A model generated the notes under the pieces. That model did no database searches. It was not told the DNA's origin and saw only the letters and a program-made list of their open reading frames with translations. From IMG/VR virus record IMGVR_UViG_3300048927_000531: 64,000 nucleotides of DNA; one strand, given 5' to 3'. This document shows, in pieces, positions 55,653 through 64,000 of this stretch. Position 1 is the stretch's first letter. Every line of letters starts with the position of its first letter. This DNA is from an uncultured virus (IMG/VR IMGVR_UViG_3300048927_000531). Lineage: Duplodnaviria > Heunggongvirae > Uroviricota > Caudoviricetes. Position numbers and translations under genes: made by a program.

Positions 55653-56815
55653 TGGCGCACCCCTCCCTGCTTGGCCGGCGAATCCACATTGCCGGGAGTA
55701 TCTCCAAGGATCCCTCCACGGCCGCTCCCCAGGAAGTGGAGCGCGCGCGACAGAGTGTCGAGCTCTTGGTCAAGGAGCTGGTGGCCCGCGGTGCAGCATT
55801 TGTGGTGCCGATCGACGCCGAGAAGCCGCGTGAAGATGGGTTGCCCATTTGCTTTGACTGGCTAGTCCTAAAGACGATCTTTAACAACTTGGCTTCGCGG
55901 CCTGCGAGTGCCACCGGCCCTCTCGTCTTTGCCGTAAAGCACCATAAGAACGAGGATCAAATCCCGGAACAGTACGAAGATCTGTGGACTACGATACGCT
56001 CGTCGGACTTGGTGCAGATTGAGTCTGCTGCGCATTGGAACATGAATGCCAAGCGAATGGAGGCGCAGGCTCGTCATGGCGACATCCTGATCACGTTGGG
56101 TGGCGGTGAAGGCGTTCTCTTCTTGGCCAATCTTTACCATGACGCAGGAAAGCCAGTTGTTCCCCTGACGTTCAAGCTGGAATCTGCAACAACGGGCTCG
56201 CAGAAAATCTTCGATTTTGCGTCCACCAGCAATAACGCCAAGCGTCTTTTCCTAGTGGAGGGAGCCCCCAATGAGCACGGCTGGCTGAACCGCATCGAGG
56301 TCACGTCTCGCAAGGCAGTCGCCGATTGCGTCAAGGATGTGATCGGACTGGTCGAGTCGCTGGTACCTCCACGGGCTTTTGTCGTGCGGCTCCTTAACCC
56401 GAGTCACCCGGACTTCGAGAGCGTCGAGAGTTTCTTCGACAACGTCGTCCAGCCAGTAATGGAGAACGAGCTGGGCTACAGACTGACGGTGGTCGATGGC
56501 CGCCAGTCATACGACCACGCCCGTATCGACGAGGAGATTTTTGCAAAACTGCATCGCAGTAGGGTCGTTCTGGCCGACATCACCGGTGGACGTCCCAACT
56601 GCTTCATCGAACTCGGCTATGCACTCGGCCGCGGGCTGCCTACGATGTTGATGGCTAAAGAGGGGTCGGATCATCCCTTTGATATCACCACCTTGTCTGG
56701 CCATCACTGGAAGGCCACAGGAAGCACGGTAGAACGTCGGAAGGCATTTCTTGAACACTGGAGCGCCATCAGGAATCGCCCCTCCCTTGTCCCTACCGAG
56801 CCGCTGATTCCATGA
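55652..56815 (+). CDS. CBASS effector: SLOG-like + TIR/nucleoside deoxyribosyltransferase-like domains
   Basis: IHIAGS...LITLGGGEG...KPVVPL; VLADITGGRPNCFIELGYA...PFDI. Confidence 0.7.
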   Translation: MAHPSLLGRRIHIAGSISKDPSTAAPQEVERARQSVELLVKELVARGAAFVVPIDAEKPREDGLPICFDWLVLKTIFNNLASRPASATGPLVFAVKHHKNEDQIPEQYEDLWTTIRSSDLVQIESAAHWNMNAKRMEAQARHGDILITLGGGEGVLFLANLYHDAGKPVVPLTFKLESATTGSQKIFDFASTSNNAKRLFLVEGAPNEHGWLNRIEVTSRKAVADCVKDVIGLVESLVPPRAFVVRLLNPSHPDFESVESFFDNVVQPVMENELGYRLTVVDGRQSYDHARIDEEIFAKLHRSRVVLADITGGRPNCFIELGYALGRGLPTMLMAKEGSDHPFDITTLSGHHWKATGSTVERRKAFLEHWSAIRNRPSLVPTEPLIP

Positions 56816-57357
56816 CAAAGAACCTAGAAGTTTTCATCTCCGTTGACGTCGAAACGGCCGGCCCCATTCCGGGAGAATATGCACTGCTCTCCATTGGCGC
56901 TTGCGATGCATATCAGCCAGGACGCACCTTTTCGTGCCAACTCAAGCCCACTACTCGCAAGGCTGATCCTAAGGCGTTGGAAGTGGCCGGGCTTTCATTG
57001 GATGAGCTGGATCGGACAGGCCTTGAGCCTGAAGCTGCAATGGGGAAGTTCCGTGACTGGGTACTGGAAGTGGCTGGCGCGGAAGCCGATCCAGTCTTTG
57101 TAGGCTTCAATGCCGCGTTTGACTGGTCCTTTGTCAACTACTATTTCCACCGATACCTGTCCACTAACCCGTTCGGATTTGCCGCGCTGGACATTAAATC
57201 GCTCTACATGGGGGCAACGAATTGCAAGTGGGCAGGTACCAAGTCCAGCCAGATAGCCAAGGCGCTTCACCCTAAGCTCGAAGGGACACACGATGCCCTG
57301 GAAGATGCGCTTTACCAGGCAGAACTCTTCCGTCGAATCCGATCAGTAGAACGGTAG
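56812..57357 (+). CDS. cap18: DEDDh 3'-5' exonuclease (Cap18-like)
   Basis: VDVETAG, FNAAFDW, HDALEDA. Confidence 0.85.
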   Translation: MTKNLEVFISVDVETAGPIPGEYALLSIGACDAYQPGRTFSCQLKPTTRKADPKALEVAGLSLDELDRTGLEPEAAMGKFRDWVLEVAGAEADPVFVGFNAAFDWSFVNYYFHRYLSTNPFGFAALDIKSLYMGATNCKWAGTKSSQIAKALHPKLEGTHDALEDALYQAELFRRIRSVER

Positions 57358-57458
57358 CGACAAGCCACGAGGCGGAGGGGCCCTCCGCCCGCTTGATCAA
57401 TCATCGCCTCCGCCTCTCCTAGACATTTCGCCTCTACCGCCAAGTGTACTGAACAGAT

Positions 57459-58256
57459 TCAGTTGAGCTCAGCCAGGCGAGCACGGTAGGCATCACCAAC
57501 GCACGAGCTGTCCTCGCACGCATCGCGCACTTCCCGTCTCCAGTGGCCTTGGTCCGCGCTCATAGAGCCGGGGTCGGCGGAACCTGCCCGCGCCGCCTTG
57601 AAGGCATCTGCTGTCGCGCTATCCAGGCGAGCCAGCTCAGTGTCCGCGCAGATCATTTGCTCCACGGACGATGATGCTTTGGAGCAGTCGAAGCTAGGGT
57701 TAGGAGCATCTGCTGAGCTCGCAGGTTCCATCGGCTCAGCCTCCCTGTACTCGTCTGCCTTCACCGACGCTTGGTCTTCAACCTCGTCCTGGGCAGCAGG
57801 CACGGGGCCATTAGCAAGCGGAGTGGCCTCAGGCGCCTTCACCCCGCTTCCAAGGTTTGAGCTGATAGCTGCACCTATGCCGATGAGATCACCAGGAAGC
57901 ACGCGAACTTCCGCCAAATGGTCCCCGTCGACGACTTGAGAGGTGTACTCGAGCCGAAGTTTGTAGACGTCCTGGGCACCATTGTTGAACGGAGCAACCA
58001 GATTCGCCTCGCAGCTGTAGCGGCTGATTGCCTCGTCAAAGCTGGTGGGGTGCGCCAAGGAAATGTCCAGTACCTCTCGCAGTGCTTTTGCGTCCAGGGA
58101 GGCTGCGGAACTGCCCGCGCCCAGCTCCCGCTGGATTATGCTTCTGATCAAATCCAACGTACTTTGATCACCGCAAGCCGGAGGCTTGCTCGTGCCGCAA
58201 CCGGTCAGCACCAGTGGTATCAACGCCACACTAAAACCAACGATCTTTCTCGACAT
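57459..58256 (-). CDS. Lipoprotein with C-terminal LprI-like domain
   Basis: LTGC lipobox; PSFDCSKA...EQMIC...LARLD...RDAC...C...Y.ARL. Confidence 0.8.
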   Translation of the reverse strand: MSRKIVGFSVALIPLVLTGCGTSKPPACGDQSTLDLIRSIIQRELGAGSSAASLDAKALREVLDISLAHPTSFDEAISRYSCEANLVAPFNNGAQDVYKLRLEYTSQVVDGDHLAEVRVLPGDLIGIGAAISSNLGSGVKAPEATPLANGPVPAAQDEVEDQASVKADEYREAEPMEPASSADAPNPSFDCSKASSSVEQMICADTELARLDSATADAFKAARAGSADPGSMSADQGHWRREVRDACEDSSCVGDAYRARLAELN

Positions 58257-58429
58257 CCTGTCCTCGCGCATCCTGGCTGGAATCACTCGATGCTCTATCG
58301 GCTTGATGCGTCGTTTCTTTAGCCTTCAGAGCATGCAAGCCCCCAGGGGGCCGATCGGGGCACTATGCGCCGCCACTTAAGCCTTAAGGCTGGGCCAGAA
58401 ATACAGGAAAGATCCGCGAAGCGATCGAA

Positions 58430-58642
58430 GTGAACGCCACTTCGACCCCTCCCAAACGAGCCAAGGCCGCAAAGGCAGAGAAGCAAGACCTGAAGCCCCT
58501 GTTCTGGCTGCCCTTCAGCGGTGAGACGCGGTCTGGCCGAGGGCGCGCCCCCGAAGCCTTCCTTGCTTGGGAGGGAACCGTCGCCCATAACGAGTGGAAG
58601 AAGCGACAACCCGACGAGCGATTTCCCTCACACCCGAGCTGA
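58430..58642 (+). pseudogene. H-NS-family C-terminal DNA-binding remnant
   Basis: WLPFSGETRSGRGRAP (TWSGRGR motif with W to R); no oligomerisation domain in frame. Confidence 0.6.
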
Positions 58643-59231
58643 CTTCATTGCGCAAGGACCTTAGCTGGCCTGCTTAGCTACGCTAGGGCGTAGCTGAACT
58701 TTTTCGACCTCCCGGTTCACCGACAGTTACGCTGTCGACACATCTTAGGCAGACCGCAAGGTGCCGCCCTGCCCCCTGTCATAAAGAGGCTTCAGATACT
58801 TGAAGAGGTGGTATTGCCCCCAGGCGCCGAGCTACGCCTGATTCGAGCCGCGGCGTGGAACTCCACTCAAACCGCAACTTCCCCACCGAACAGCCATTTC
58901 AAACTAACAAAGAGTACCGAAAATAACCCAACATTTATCTTTGGTACAGCAAAATATGCCAACAAAATTTCTCTATTTTGTTAGGGAAATCATTATTGAA
59001 CAGTATAGGCGATCTCCAAAATTTGGCCAGCCCGCGGATAATGAATCTACTTAAATATAGAGTCGCAGGCCGCTTTTACACATAAAAAAATGGAGAGCCC
59101 TTCGTCCATCGCAGCGTCGCATCCGCCAATCCTAAAGGTGTTATTCCACGCAGGGGCCCACAGGCCATCACGCATTGACTTGACAAATAGCTTCCGTATC
59201 AAGCTTACATATACCAGCGGAAGCAACGAAA

Positions 59232-60641
59232 GTGGAAAATGCAAAGACCACACCAAGCCCATCTCAGCCCGATGCTGGCGACAGCACCGTTAAGATTGAC
59301 TTTGTAAAAGTCGGAAGGGTTAAGTTCTGCGGCGTAGAAATCAGCAACGCAAAGTCCAGAACAAATTTTGAAGAACTTCTTCGCTTCGCCCTAGAGAAGA
59401 CCGCGCGCCCTAGAGTCCGCAAGAACGGCACAATCCACCCACCCTCACTGCCTCTAGCCACACCGGCGGGCTTGTTGTCAGAAGAGATAGCGGACTACCT
59501 CCTGCACATGAAACGGAGGAACATCCGACCCTCCTCTATCGAAGCATCGGCTCGATCCCTCTCAAATCTTCAAAAGGTTTGTGGAGATATTCGCGTCGCA
59601 CACATCGAAAGGCGTCATATCTACATGCTCTGCGACCTATTGAGGTGGCAGCCACGTTCGCGCACCCATGCGGATAGGGGGCTGAAGATTCTATCCGCCG
59701 AAGAGCTGATAGAACTAGGCAAGAGCATGGATGTTCCTTCCCCTGCCACTTCTAGTTTTGCGCTTCAGCGAGCACTTCTAAGCGCTTTCTTCAACGCACT
59801 GCTCAATGCAAAGGCCATCGCTGCCTCGCCGATGGATGCATTCGGCAAGGTCCGCAAAGATCTTATCGGCGTGCAGCCGAAGCGCAATCGATCGCTTGGT
59901 GACGTAGAGCTTCAACGCATCTTCGAACCAACCAGCTTTGCACCTTGGGCGAAGAAATGGCCACACCGGTGGTGGGGGCCGATCCTCGGTCTCTACACTG
60001 GAGCCCGGATAGGCGAGATTGCTCAGCTCAAGGTCGCGGATATTGCCTTAGAGGAAGGCACGTGGTTTATCTACCTCCGCGTTACCGCCGACGATGACCT
60101 TGCGGGGGCGAAAGGCACTAAGAGCAGACAGAGCCTGAAGGGCCCCTCGGCTGTACGAAAAATTCCAATTGCACAGCCCCTGCTGGATGCTGGCTTCCTA
60201 GAATTCCTGGAGGACATCAAGGAGTGTAAACATCCGCGCCTCTTCCCGCATCTTTCTGCGGGTATCAACCAAAAGACCGGTGAAACTAACGCGCGCTACA
60301 GCCAGGCATTGGTGCACCAGTTCGGCGCTTACATGAAAACTCTTGGCTTCTCTAAGGGCACCAGCTTTCACTCATTTCGCCACACGCTGATCAACAGCCT
60401 GATCAGCAAGGGATACACAACGTCGCAGATTGCGTTGATCACCGGCCACTCAACGATAGGGCAAGTGAGGGAGAGTGAAGCACCTGTTATCAAAGGAGCC
60501 TATGAGGGCATGCTGCCGGAACAAGCTCGCCCGCTATCCATGAGGATGCTCAAGGACTTTACGCCTCCAGTCGTTCTGCCAAAGTATGTACGAGGACAGT
60601 TCAAGGAGCGACTACGGGACAAGAAGAGCTTCTATCCGTAG
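59232..60641 (+). CDS. Tyrosine recombinase / integrase
   Basis: YTGARIGEI, K, FHSFRH, ITGH and a candidate catalytic Y. Confidence 0.9.
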   Translation: MENAKTTPSPSQPDAGDSTVKIDFVKVGRVKFCGVEISNAKSRTNFEELLRFALEKTARPRVRKNGTIHPPSLPLATPAGLLSEEIADYLLHMKRRNIRPSSIEASARSLSNLQKVCGDIRVAHIERRHIYMLCDLLRWQPRSRTHADRGLKILSAEELIELGKSMDVPSPATSSFALQRALLSAFFNALLNAKAIAASPMDAFGKVRKDLIGVQPKRNRSLGDVELQRIFEPTSFAPWAKKWPHRWWGPILGLYTGARIGEIAQLKVADIALEEGTWFIYLRVTADDDLAGAKGTKSRQSLKGPSAVRKIPIAQPLLDAGFLEFLEDIKECKHPRLFPHLSAGINQKTGETNARYSQALVHQFGAYMKTLGFSKGTSFHSFRHTLINSLISKGYTTSQIALITGHSTIGQVRESEAPVIKGAYEGMLPEQARPLSMRMLKDFTPPVVLPKYVRGQFKERLRDKKSFYP

Positions 60642-60766
60642 GTGAGTCGGGAAGATCCGATCAGAGGCCCCTTTCTGCCCTAGGCTGCACCTGCAACTCG
60701 GTCTTGTTGACACCGATTTTCGCTCAGTCCACTATTGGTCCTAACAACACCACTTTTGGAGTCGAG

Positions 60767-61255
60767 ATGGAGACGACCGTCACCACTGCCCGCGCCGCGG
60801 AGATAGTAGGCATCGGATACGAGGGCCTGCGTAGCTACCTCAAGCGCGGGCTCTTGGGCCGCAGCGGGGTTCTCATCCCTATGGTGGGCAAAGACGCTGC
60901 CGCCCCGGATCTGAGCGCCGTCCGCGCATCTTGGAAGCGATTTGGCTTCACTGATCTCTGCCTGATGCGGCTGGCGAAGCAACTGATAGCAATGGGGCTG
61001 ACCTACGACCAGGCCAACTCGGTAGTGTCCCAAGAGGGTCTGAGGCGGTTGTTCCGGACGGGGGCACCTTCCACCGATGCGGCTTTGGTCTGTTCCCCTC
61101 CCTACCACCACTACTGGGTGTTCAAGGGGGACGAGCGAAGGCACCTCCTTGATAGGCTTTCCGAGATTGGAGACGCTGCGATTCTCATCAATCTTGGTGC
61201 CACAGCCACCCATGTTTGGCGGCAGCTCTCCGAAGATTTAGACCCCGCCCAATGA
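60767..61255 (+). CDS. MerR-like HTH protein
   Basis: AAEIVGIGYEGLRSYLKRG...RFGFTDL..MRLAKQL..MG; GGAG RBS. Confidence 0.7.
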   Translation: METTVTTARAAEIVGIGYEGLRSYLKRGLLGRSGVLIPMVGKDAAAPDLSAVRASWKRFGFTDLCLMRLAKQLIAMGLTYDQANSVVSQEGLRRLFRTGAPSTDAALVCSPPYHHYWVFKGDERRHLLDRLSEIGDAAILINLGATATHVWRQLSEDLDPAQ

Positions 61256-61420
61256 GGGGATGCGCGCCGCTAGCTCACCCGGCGAGTCGCCCCCCGCTCG
61301 GCTCTGCGGCCCGCTCAATACCGCACCCGTTTTGATCGAGCAGGCAGGGCCACTCGCCACAGAACCTCAGTGCGGGCTGCAGGTTGGAGATCAGGCCCAC
61401 AACGCCTCTTTGATTAGGGC

Positions 61421-61449
61421 TTGCCGCGACCCTAGTTACACCGTATAAC
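61421..61449 (+). promoter_or_regulatory. Sigma70-like promoter for the HNH operon
   Basis: TTGCCG-17-TATAAC. Confidence 0.6.
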
Positions 61450-61560
61450 CCGATTGCCAGTCGCAGAAGCGCGGGCGTTGTGCTCGGCCACCTTAGGGGC
61501 CGAGTGCCCGAGGTCCACCCAATGGGGGCGCGGGAATCCTTATCGATTCCGGAGTCCACC

Positions 61561-61908
61561 ATGACCAGCAAGACACTTAGAACTCTCCGCACCCTTGCCT
61601 TCCAGGCACAGTCTGGTCGTTGCTACTACTGCGGCTTTGAAATGTGGGAGGCCTCCCCGGATGAACTAGGCCTTCGCCGACGTTCGGCTGCTCCGTTCAG
61701 ATGTACCGCTGAACACCTAGTTGCCAAACAGGACGGGGGCAAAGACTCCAGGCACAACGTGGTAGCTGCTCACGCTACCTGCAATCACCGCAGGCACAAA
61801 CGGGCGGCGCCCGCCCCATCTGCAGATGAGTTCAAAGTACTGGTGCTCCGTAGGGTCGCGCAGGGAAAATGGTGGCCTTCTGCAAGGATGCCTTGGCATG
61901 ACATTTGA
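61561..61908 (+). CDS. Small HNH endonuclease
   Basis: CYYC...TAEHL....GG....NVVAAH..CN. Confidence 0.85.
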   Translation: MTSKTLRTLRTLAFQAQSGRCYYCGFEMWEASPDELGLRRRSAAPFRCTAEHLVAKQDGGKDSRHNVVAAHATCNHRRHKRAAPAPSADEFKVLVLRRVAQGKWWPSARMPWHDI

Positions 61909-62695
61909 ACCCTCCACCCTGGATCAGATCCGATGGTCTGACCACAACGTCGTTGCCTTCGCTGGCTTAGACATGCATGCACTCACCATGTTCCGCGACG
62001 AAGTGGTGGCTCCTTCGCTGGACGCTTTAGAGCACAAGATTTCCGCAATGGAGCAAAGCGAGAACTCGGCCGAAAGAATCTTTGGAGCAGACTCATATGC
62101 AGCACTTCATCACCGGACAGTTGAAGGCTTTCTGTTGACCACTCAATCCATGCATGAGAGAGGGATTCGTAGCCTTCTCCTTGCGATCGCCAAGCACAGG
62201 GCCTGGGACGCCCCCGCTCAACGAGGCATTCAACGCAGCGACTGGTCTGAAGATAAGGCGGCCAGCGTTCCGGGACACTTCAAGAAGCTGCTCGACGCTC
62301 CGATTCAGCTCTTCGGAGACTATCAAGACCTCAAGGTGCTCAGAGTATTGGCTAACGCTCTACGCCATGGGGATGGATCTTCCGCCGAAGAACTCCATAC
62401 GTTGTGCCCATCGCTCTGGTCCCATTGGCTGGCACCCGGCACCGTGTTGAGCATCGCCGGCATCGAGATCAGCGTCCCGGCTGGTGCGCCATCCCACCCC
62501 CTCTTCGCCGCTATTACGCTCCCTCGCAGTTTGTTGGAGCAGATGCTTTTCTCTGTTGTCGCCTTCTGGGAGGACATAGAATTTGTTAGGTGCAACTCTT
62601 TCTCCCAGAGGGATGCATCGACCGAGAGCCACATTGCGGCACTCCGAAATAAGCGTACTCACCGGCACTCGGCTCGTGTGTGGAGTCCGGGATGA
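61898..62695 (+). CDS. Hypothetical protein with HEPN-like motif
   Basis: All-helical look; SMHER and LRVLANALRHGDG; overlaps HNH by 11 nt. Confidence 0.6.
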   Translation: MTFEPSTLDQIRWSDHNVVAFAGLDMHALTMFRDEVVAPSLDALEHKISAMEQSENSAERIFGADSYAALHHRTVEGFLLTTQSMHERGIRSLLLAIAKHRAWDAPAQRGIQRSDWSEDKAASVPGHFKKLLDAPIQLFGDYQDLKVLRVLANALRHGDGSSAEELHTLCPSLWSHWLAPGTVLSIAGIEISVPAGAPSHPLFAAITLPRSLLEQMLFSVVAFWEDIEFVRCNSFSQRDASTESHIAALRNKRTHRHSARVWSPG

Positions 62696-63622
62696 TGTCT
62701 GGGCGACCAGATCCATGCCGCCCTGTTCCAAAGGTTAGAAATTCTGGATGAACTGACGGCCCGGGGCGCAAGGACCGACGTCCAGGATGCGCGTGGGAAT
62801 TCAGTTGATACGCTGCTGCAAGGCGATTTCCGGAACGTCCCGAGTCGGTGAGATGGCGCCAGTGTTGGCCTGAAAACAGACGGATCCGTTGTCCTACATG
62901 GAACGGTTCATATGCGAGCGCCACGCCCCGAGGTTACCCCTGTGCTGTGACTGGTACGCCACCCCGTGCTTCTCGCGAACTGCAGAACGCGCCCGACCAC
63001 TGGCCGGGCGCGCGTAAGCGAAACGAACGCACACTCACTGGTTGAGCGGCAGGCTCAACTACCCTTCTTATGCTTGTGAGGCTTAAGGGCGTCTGTGTTT
63101 CCCGGCGTAGCTTTGTTGTCCCTTCTACGCTGATCGGGCTTGCCAGTTGACTTGGCGATAGGCTTCGGGCCAGGCTTAATTGCCATCACTTGCGCTCCTC
63201 AGATTGTTGGTTGTTAAACACGAATTGAGTGCTGCAGAGTCGATTGCTGAGCGTTTGGGGTTAACCCATCTGGCCGGATTCATCCAAACGCACCGGGAAG
63301 CATACAACGTCCTAGGAAAGGGACATCCAACCAACTACGCCCTCACCGCGATACTAACGCCGTTCACGGCCAACGGAATTGTTAATTTCCGCCAACACTA
63401 GCTCAAGCACCTACCTCACCAGGCTGCCAGCTTCTTGTTTATCCCTTGCCGAGCAACGATTCAGCCGTCCTTGAATCTGTAGCAGGACGCCTAAGAGATG
63501 GGCATCTATGCCCGCAGCGCCACCTAGTAGCATTCGCGCAATAAAGAAAGCGGCGAGCTGGCCAATCCACCAATGCGAAAGCGCGAATATACCGCCCTGA
63601 ACCAACTGACTGTCGGGCCCTG

Positions 63623-63865
63623 CTACCCGGCTGTATTCGCGCGAACATTGAGCTTCCAGCGGATATCCCCTTCATTGAGCTCATGCTGATGATGATTCTG
63701 CGGAGGGAACGGATCGCTCTTGTTCGCGGCAATCTCGCGCTTACAACCGAGACAACGATAGATACCGGACACAGGAAACTTCTTCCCGGGACCGTAAACC
63801 GTCTTCCAGTGCTCTTGCGTTGCATCCCCATTTCCAACTACTGACGTATCGGTAGTCCAAGACAT
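63623..63865 (-). CDS. Small zinc-binding YjzC-like protein
   Basis: AAGGAG RBS; PG..FPVSGIYRCLGC...PFPPQNHHQH. Confidence 0.7.
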   Translation of the reverse strand: MSWTTDTSVVGNGDATQEHWKTVYGPGKKFPVSGIYRCLGCKREIAANKSDPFPPQNHHQHELNEGDIRWKLNVRANTAG

Positions 63866-64000
63866 CCTGTTCTCCTTCCAGTTCATCCCAAGGCAACAAT
63901 GCACTTCAAACAACGGCCCGAGCCCGGGCTAGTCCTGTTCAACAGCACCACGTCTGATCAGGAACGCTGAAAATTCCTCGTCAGCCGACTCCCTTGCATG

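Larger units (their letters stand above)
41488..64000. mobile_element. Integrative mobilisable defence island (right end not seen)
   Basis: att repeat, relaxase plus oriT, tyrosine recombinase, defence cargo, lower GC than the prophage. Confidence 0.75.

Noticed and set aside
59232..60641. Integrase of the prophage, or an integron integrase
   Set aside because: It lies 18 kb inside the second element, and I saw no IntI-specific features or attC array
61561..61908. IscB/Cas9-like RNA-guided nuclease
   Set aside because: Only 115 aa, with no RuvC or PLMP segments
62700..63620. Short ORFs (62848-63045, 63180-63401, 63411-63605)
   Set aside because: No convincing RBS or motifs; cannot be supported

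Overview
High-GC gammaproteobacterial DNA that looks like Xanthomonadaceae, most like Stenotrophomonas (inferred from gene content, not a database search). It holds two adjacent mobile elements joined at an 18-bp copy of a tRNA-Ser 3' end (41470-41487). (1) Positions 1 to ~41470 are a nearly complete lambda-like siphoprophage whose left end lies outside the window. The minus strand carries tail, head, packaging, lysis, Q-like, replication and cro genes, including a -1 frameshift tail chaperone and an embedded o-spanin. The plus strand carries a cI repressor and an early-left operon ending in a DNA methyltransferase and AlpA. Five matching operators and twin promoters control the switch. Accessory genes include a secreted Sel1-like/Gly-Cys-rich pair, an atypical reversed hicBA, and a tandem array of repeat-flanked antisense membrane-protein cassettes. 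No prophage integrase is visible. (2) Positions ~41490-64000 are an integrative, mobilisable defence island. It carries a MOBQ relaxase with an RSF1010-type oriT, a Shango-type TerB/ATPase/Lhr-helicase system, and a CapW-regulated type III CBASS with a SLOG + TIR/NDT-like effector and Cap18-like exonuclease. It also carries an LprI lipoprotein, an H-NS remnant, a tyrosine recombinase, a MerR-like HTH gene, and an unannotated HNH + HEPN-like operon behind a structured leader. The best candidates for undescribed biology are the prophage cassette array (37100-39175), the HNH/HEPN-like operon (61421-62695) and the CBASS effector (55652-56815). All functional calls come from motif reading and gene order only.
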